64,000 bases of DNA from Bacteroidales bacterium (GTDB taxonomy: Bacteria > Bacteroidota > Bacteroidia > Bacteroidales > Lentimicrobiaceae): positions 156,778-220,777 of the forward strand of contig JADIZB010000001.1 in the NCBI GenBank assembly GCA_016705005.1. Reading direction: 5' to 3'. The notes beneath the pieces were generated by a model, which was not told the origin of the DNA, ran no database searches, and saw only the letters and a program-made list of their open reading frames with translations. Numbering within the stretch: the first letter of the stretch is position 1; every line of letters begins with the position of its first letter. Of the stretch, positions 60,061-64,000 are shown in pieces. Both the position numbers and the translations under genes were made by a program.

Positions 60061-62164
60061 TTGTTGTATTTAATGTTTTTATTGGTCGGTAAATCTCCAT
60101 TCTGAAATTATCGAAATAGACGAGGTTTTTACCCTTATTCCAGGCATATAGCTTGATTTTCTTTCCCGCCATAAAAGAGGGAATAACCGCTTTCAGCCTG
60201 ACCTGGTACCACTCCGACTCCTTTAATTCGGTATCTGGAGAGGCTGTAGTATAAAGAAGCGGGGAATCCTCACCTGAGAGTACAATACGGATATCGTCGG
60301 GCTTCCCGGATGCCTTTACTATAACATCAATCTGGTCTCCATCCCTGAGCACCTCCGGGTCGATGCTGAAAGCATAGGGATTCTGGGCATTTGTAACAAT
60401 GCTGCTGCGGCCTGAGAAACTTTTATTGTAACTCAGCACCCCAGGAAACGACAACCCATCTGATTTCAGGGGCAGTTCAGGGTTGAGCGGGGATGCTTCT
60501 GCCCCGTTAAAAATCAACTTCCGGTCAGCAACATTACCTTCCCCATCAATTTCAACAGGCTCCATAAGCACCTGGTATCCATCAGAATACACTGCCCTAA
60601 AACGATAACCCCGGGTTTTCAGATCGAGCAGATCAAGGATTCTCTGATCATGAACAGGAGGACCGATATATATTATTTTCCCCTTATAGGCATCGAAAAG
60701 TGAATCAATGCTGACATGGTTATTCCCCCAGTGAGAAATCATACCGGTAAAGCCATCCAGAATATAAAAATCTGGATAGATTTTTTGTAAATCAGGGACA
60801 TACCGCTTTATGCTGTAAGCATTACCAAAGTATAAGCCGGCAGCAGGTGATGAACCAGGGTTGGCACAAATGACTGCATGTTTCTCTGATGTACCGGTAG
60901 CTGCAAGCCATGCATTTTCCCAGACCGGATTCCTCTCAGTAGTATAAATGGCTTCCTTTCGGGCAATTCCATAGGGTATAACCAAGATGATACAGGATAC
61001 CGTAGCCAGGCCTGTAATGACATTTCCAACAACTTTTGAGGATACAAATGATACAGTTAGACGAAGGATTAATATGAAATTAATCGCAGCAATGCTTTCA
61101 TAAGGAAGCAGGTAAACTTCTTTGGGTTGTTTTGCCACCAGCAGATATCCTGCGGCCTGGGCCAGCGAAACAGCCAGCAGCAGCCTGGCCGCTGAAGCAT
61201 CAGGCCAGTACTTCTTTACCATTCTGAAACCAAGAAGAATCAGCAAAACCAGTATTGATAATCCAAAGATAATGGCAAGCACAGGACTGACCATGAAAAG
61301 ATTGACCAGATCTCCGGAATACCTTGAAGTATCAATGACCCCTTTCGTTCCGGTTCCATATTGCCCGGTATGAAAGAACAGTCTGTAAATCCAGTAGAAC
61401 ATGTTCGGATACAACCGGATTACCGGAAGGGTGAACACAACAAATGAGGCCCCGCTGGTCAACAGAAACCATATTTTTTCCTTTATAGGATGAAAAAGAA
61501 CCAGGGGTATGATCAATAAAGGGGCGAACAATATCTTGGAGGCCATTCCAAATCCGCAGATAATGCCGAACAGCAATACAAATTTACCGGATCCGCTTGT
61601 ACTTTTCCTGAAATACCATATTATTGAAGCTGCTGCTACAGCAAAAGCAGCCAGCATCTGCATCAATTCCTGCGTAATTCTGGTGTAGCCATTAAAGAGG
61701 ATAAATCCTGAAATAAAAGGGGTAAGCTGAAGCAGTAAGGCATACCAGATATTCCCTGTTTTGCTGAACACAAAGATTGCCAGAATTAACAAAGCCAATG
61801 AGCCTATGATGGCCGTAGCAACATTCAATATACGTATGTAGTGCTCCGGTTCTGACAATACAGCCCTGGTCAGGGATTCACCGCGACGGTCAGCCATCCA
61901 TGCACCCTGTAGAACCAAACCACCGGTTACCTGCATGGTTGTACCCGGATGATCAATATGCCCTGCAAGCCTGAAACGGGCCATGTTCAGAGAATTGAAG
62001 AGGTAGGCATACTCAGGATCATATCCACCACCATACCAGGCTTTATCGCGCGCCCTAATGGTGTTGATTGATGTGAACAGAAGAATAGCCGGTATGACAA
62101 ACAATGTGGCAATAATCAATAACTGCCTGAGATGTTTAACGATTGTCGCTGAGGTTTTTCCCAT
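60038..62164 (-). CDS. GT-C-like multi-TM protein with a C-terminal CBM-like domain
   Basis: 708 aa; YDPEYAYLFNSL..HIDHPGT first-loop motif; FGMASKI; about 11 TMs; soluble tail. Confidence 0.68.
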   Translation of the reverse strand: MGKTSATIVKHLRQLLIIATLFVIPAILLFTSINTIRARDKAWYGGGYDPEYAYLFNSLNMARFRLAGHIDHPGTTMQVTGGLVLQGAWMADRRGESLTRAVLSEPEHYIRILNVATAIIGSLALLILAIFVFSKTGNIWYALLLQLTPFISGFILFNGYTRITQELMQMLAAFAVAAASIIWYFRKSTSGSGKFVLLFGIICGFGMASKILFAPLLIIPLVLFHPIKEKIWFLLTSGASFVVFTLPVIRLYPNMFYWIYRLFFHTGQYGTGTKGVIDTSRYSGDLVNLFMVSPVLAIIFGLSILVLLILLGFRMVKKYWPDASAARLLLAVSLAQAAGYLLVAKQPKEVYLLPYESIAAINFILILRLTVSFVSSKVVGNVITGLATVSCIILVIPYGIARKEAIYTTERNPVWENAWLAATGTSEKHAVICANPGSSPAAGLYFGNAYSIKRYVPDLQKIYPDFYILDGFTGMISHWGNNHVSIDSLFDAYKGKIIYIGPPVHDQRILDLLDLKTRGYRFRAVYSDGYQVLMEPVEIDGEGNVADRKLIFNGAEASPLNPELPLKSDGLSFPGVLSYNKSFSGRSSIVTNAQNPYAFSIDPEVLRDGDQIDVIVKASGKPDDIRIVLSGEDSPLLYTTASPDTELKESEWYQVRLKAVIPSFMAGKKIKLYAWNKGKNLVYFDNFRMEIYRPIKTLNTTNEPVNGK

Positions 62165-62186
62165 ACTGGTTTCACCAATGAGTGCT

Positions 62187-62194
62187 CAAAGATA
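62187..62194 (-). promoter_or_regulatory. -7 promoter box for the 708-aa gene and the MTase-GT2 fusion
   Basis: tatctttg on the minus strand, 23 bp above the start. Confidence 0.55.
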
Positions 62195-62259
62195 CAAATT
62201 AGAATGTGCATCTCCTGACATCAGGGAGGCAAAGGAGGTTATCTGACCTGATCCCGGAA

Positions 62260-63252
62260 CTATGCTTTCAGTATCTTATCAATGGCTTCAAGTTCCTCTC
62301 CGGAGAACGCCAGATTATTGATGGCATCCAGGTTATCGTCAAGTTGTGAAATGCTGCTGGCTCCTATCAGAACAGAAGTGATGCCTTCATTCCGGAGAAT
62401 CCATGCCAGTGCCATCTGTGAAAGTTTCTGACCCCTCCGGGCAGCTATGGCATTCAACTTCCCGGCCTTCTCAACTTTCTCAGTTGTTACCTGGCTTTGC
62501 TGCAGAAAGCCATGTTCACTTGCTGCCCTCGAACCCGGAGGAATCCCGTTCAGGTATTTATCTGTAAGCAATCCCTGAGCAAGTGGTGAATAAGCGATAC
62601 AACCCATATTTTCATCACGGAGAACATCCAGTAAACCATTCTCTACCCACCGGTCAAACATTGAAAAACGGGGCTGATGAATCAGGCAACGCACACCAAG
62701 ACTTTTCAGGATTTCGACCGCCATGCGTGTCTGTGTTGCTGAATAATTTGAAAGACCGATGTAGAGTGCTTTTCCTTGTCTTAAAATCTGCTCCAATGCA
62801 CCCATGGTCTCTTCAAAAGGGGTATCGGGGTCGGGCCGGTGAGAATAAAAAATGTCAACATACTCCACACCCAGTCGTTTCAAACTCTGATCCAGGCTGG
62901 CTATAAGATATTTTTTTGATCCCATTTCACCATAAGGTCCCGGCCACATATAGTATCCGGCTTTGGTTGAAATTATGAGCTCATCCCGGTATCTGTGCAA
63001 ATCCTCCTTCAGTATTCTTCCGAATGTTTCTTCGGCTGAACCTGCAGGCGGGCCATAATTATTGGCCAGATCAAAGTGGGTGATGCCCCGGTCGAATCCA
63101 TGCAGCACCAGACTTCTGCTCAATTGAAATATATCAACACCGCCAAAGTTATGCCATAGTCCGAGTGAAACCATAGGTAGTTTCAACCCACTCCCGCCGC
63201 AACGCTTATAGGGAATGGATTCGTAACGCGCGCTTTCTGCTGTATATGACAT
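62260..63252 (-). CDS. mgrA: L-glyceraldehyde 3-phosphate reductase (aldo/keto reductase, YghZ/MgrA)
   Basis: SGLKLPMVSLGLWHNFG, FDLANNYGPPAGSAE, STKAGY.MWPGPYG, YSHRPDPDTP. Confidence 0.93.
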   Translation of the reverse strand: MSYTAESARYESIPYKRCGGSGLKLPMVSLGLWHNFGGVDIFQLSRSLVLHGFDRGITHFDLANNYGPPAGSAEETFGRILKEDLHRYRDELIISTKAGYYMWPGPYGEMGSKKYLIASLDQSLKRLGVEYVDIFYSHRPDPDTPFEETMGALEQILRQGKALYIGLSNYSATQTRMAVEILKSLGVRCLIHQPRFSMFDRWVENGLLDVLRDENMGCIAYSPLAQGLLTDKYLNGIPPGSRAASEHGFLQQSQVTTEKVEKAGKLNAIAARRGQKLSQMALAWILRNEGITSVLIGASSISQLDDNLDAINNLAFSGEELEAIDKILKA

Positions 63253-63293
63253 AGAAAATACAATTAGGATTGTCAGAACTATAAAAACGAAGC

Positions 63294-64000
63294 TTATTGT
63301 TTATCCCCTTTCAGGTAACGGATAAAAGCCTTATAATCTGCCATAATCAGATTAATACTCACTGGCTTGTAAAACCATATCAGCAGCCCGATGATCCCTC
63401 CCCACAGAAAAAAAGCTGTAAATTGGAGCAATGAGAAAACAATGGCTGTTTCCGGTGAAACAAGATAGAATGAAAGCAGATAAACAAGACTGGCTTCACG
63501 GGTACCAAAACCTGCGAGAGTAATAGGTATTATGGTTACCAGGCTCATGAGGCTCAGGATGAAACTGATATCTATGATATTAAGTTCAATCCCGACCGCT
63601 TTGAGTATCATTTGATTGGCAAGGTAGAAAAGAAAGTAGGCCAGCAAAGTCAGTAACCAGGGAATAAACATAGCAGGTTTAAACATTCCGTTCCAGGTTT
63701 CCATGATAAATCTGAAACTGACGGGAGAGGACTCGGGTTTGACCAGAATTTTCAGAAACCAGTATCCGGCTCCCCAAACCATCATCATCGCGAAAGCAGT
63801 AGCCAACAGATAAACGAACCCGCTGAAATTACCAAGAAGTTTATAAAAATAAAGCATACCTGTACCACCAAACCAGATCAGGAGTGCAAAATCAAAAATC
63901 CTGTCTGCCACCAGTGTTTTAAAAGACCTGTAAAAAGTGATGCCGGTATCTTCTCTCACATAGTACAAACGGGCAATTTCACCAACCCTTCCAGGAGTAA
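63294..64000 (-). CDS. Lysylphosphatidylglycerol synthase TM domain (UPF0104, flippase-like) protein, 5' end outside the window
   Basis: Frame stays open to the window edge: TPGRVGEIAR, ADRIFD, IPITLAGFGTREA. Confidence 0.85.
   Translation of the reverse strand, partial: TPGRVGEIARLYYVREDTGITFYRSFKTLVADRIFDFALLIWFGGTGMLYFYKLLGNFSGFVYLLATAFAMMMVWGAGYWFLKILVKPESSPVSFRFIMETWNGMFKPAMFIPWLLTLLAYFLFYLANQMILKAVGIELNIIDISFILSLMSLVTIIPITLAGFGTREASLVYLLSFYLVSPETAIVFSLLQFTAFFLWGGIIGLLIWFYKPVSINLIMADYKAFIRYLKGDKQ

Noticed and set aside
62260-63252. Aldo/keto reductase as part of the glycosylation pathway
   Set aside because: Typical housekeeping YghZ/MgrA sequence, and the downstream gene has its own promoter box; likely a bystander
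1-64000. CRISPR array, IS element, prophage, rRNA or tRNA
   Set aside because: I saw no regularly spaced repeats, transposase, integrase or phage motifs, or RNA gene signatures

Overview
Bacteroidota (Bacteroidales-like) chromosomal window, judged from the type IX secretion genes, the MurF-Alr fusion and many TAnnTTTG promoter boxes. I found no rRNA, tRNA, CRISPR array or transposase. In order: (1) a T9SS block, porP-gldK-gldL-gldM-gldN(partial), with sprE/porW about 6.5 kb away; (2) tandem yitT genes, rseP-dxr-M23, bactofilin, an orphan atpZ/atpI-like pair, PTPS-folE; (3) about 10 kb (17.4-27.1 kb) where almost every gene is broken by 1-bp indels, probably consensus errors. This block holds M14 peptidase-OSBS/NSAR-GNAT-HD genes and the left half of the most interesting locus; (4) that locus (22.2-30.3 kb): NadE-like amidase/ligase, adenylate-forming ligase, SGNH protein, MBOAT, SGNH-like lipoprotein, ACP and AsnB-like amidotransferase, which looks like a Dlt/Alg-type system for exporting an amidated acyl group onto a surface polymer; (5) fabD, Mop, GMC oxidoreductase, an active/inactive DUF3857-transglutaminase pair, wbpE/wbpD-like-galE-rfbB, waaA, a GAF-like-nucleotidyltransferase/metallophosphoesterase pair, pdxA, murF-alr; (6) a 14-kb lipid-carrier glycosylation locus with three GT2 enzymes and four GT-C-like membrane proteins that share one C-terminal CBM-like module. 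All calls come from recognising motifs by eye; no database searches were run.
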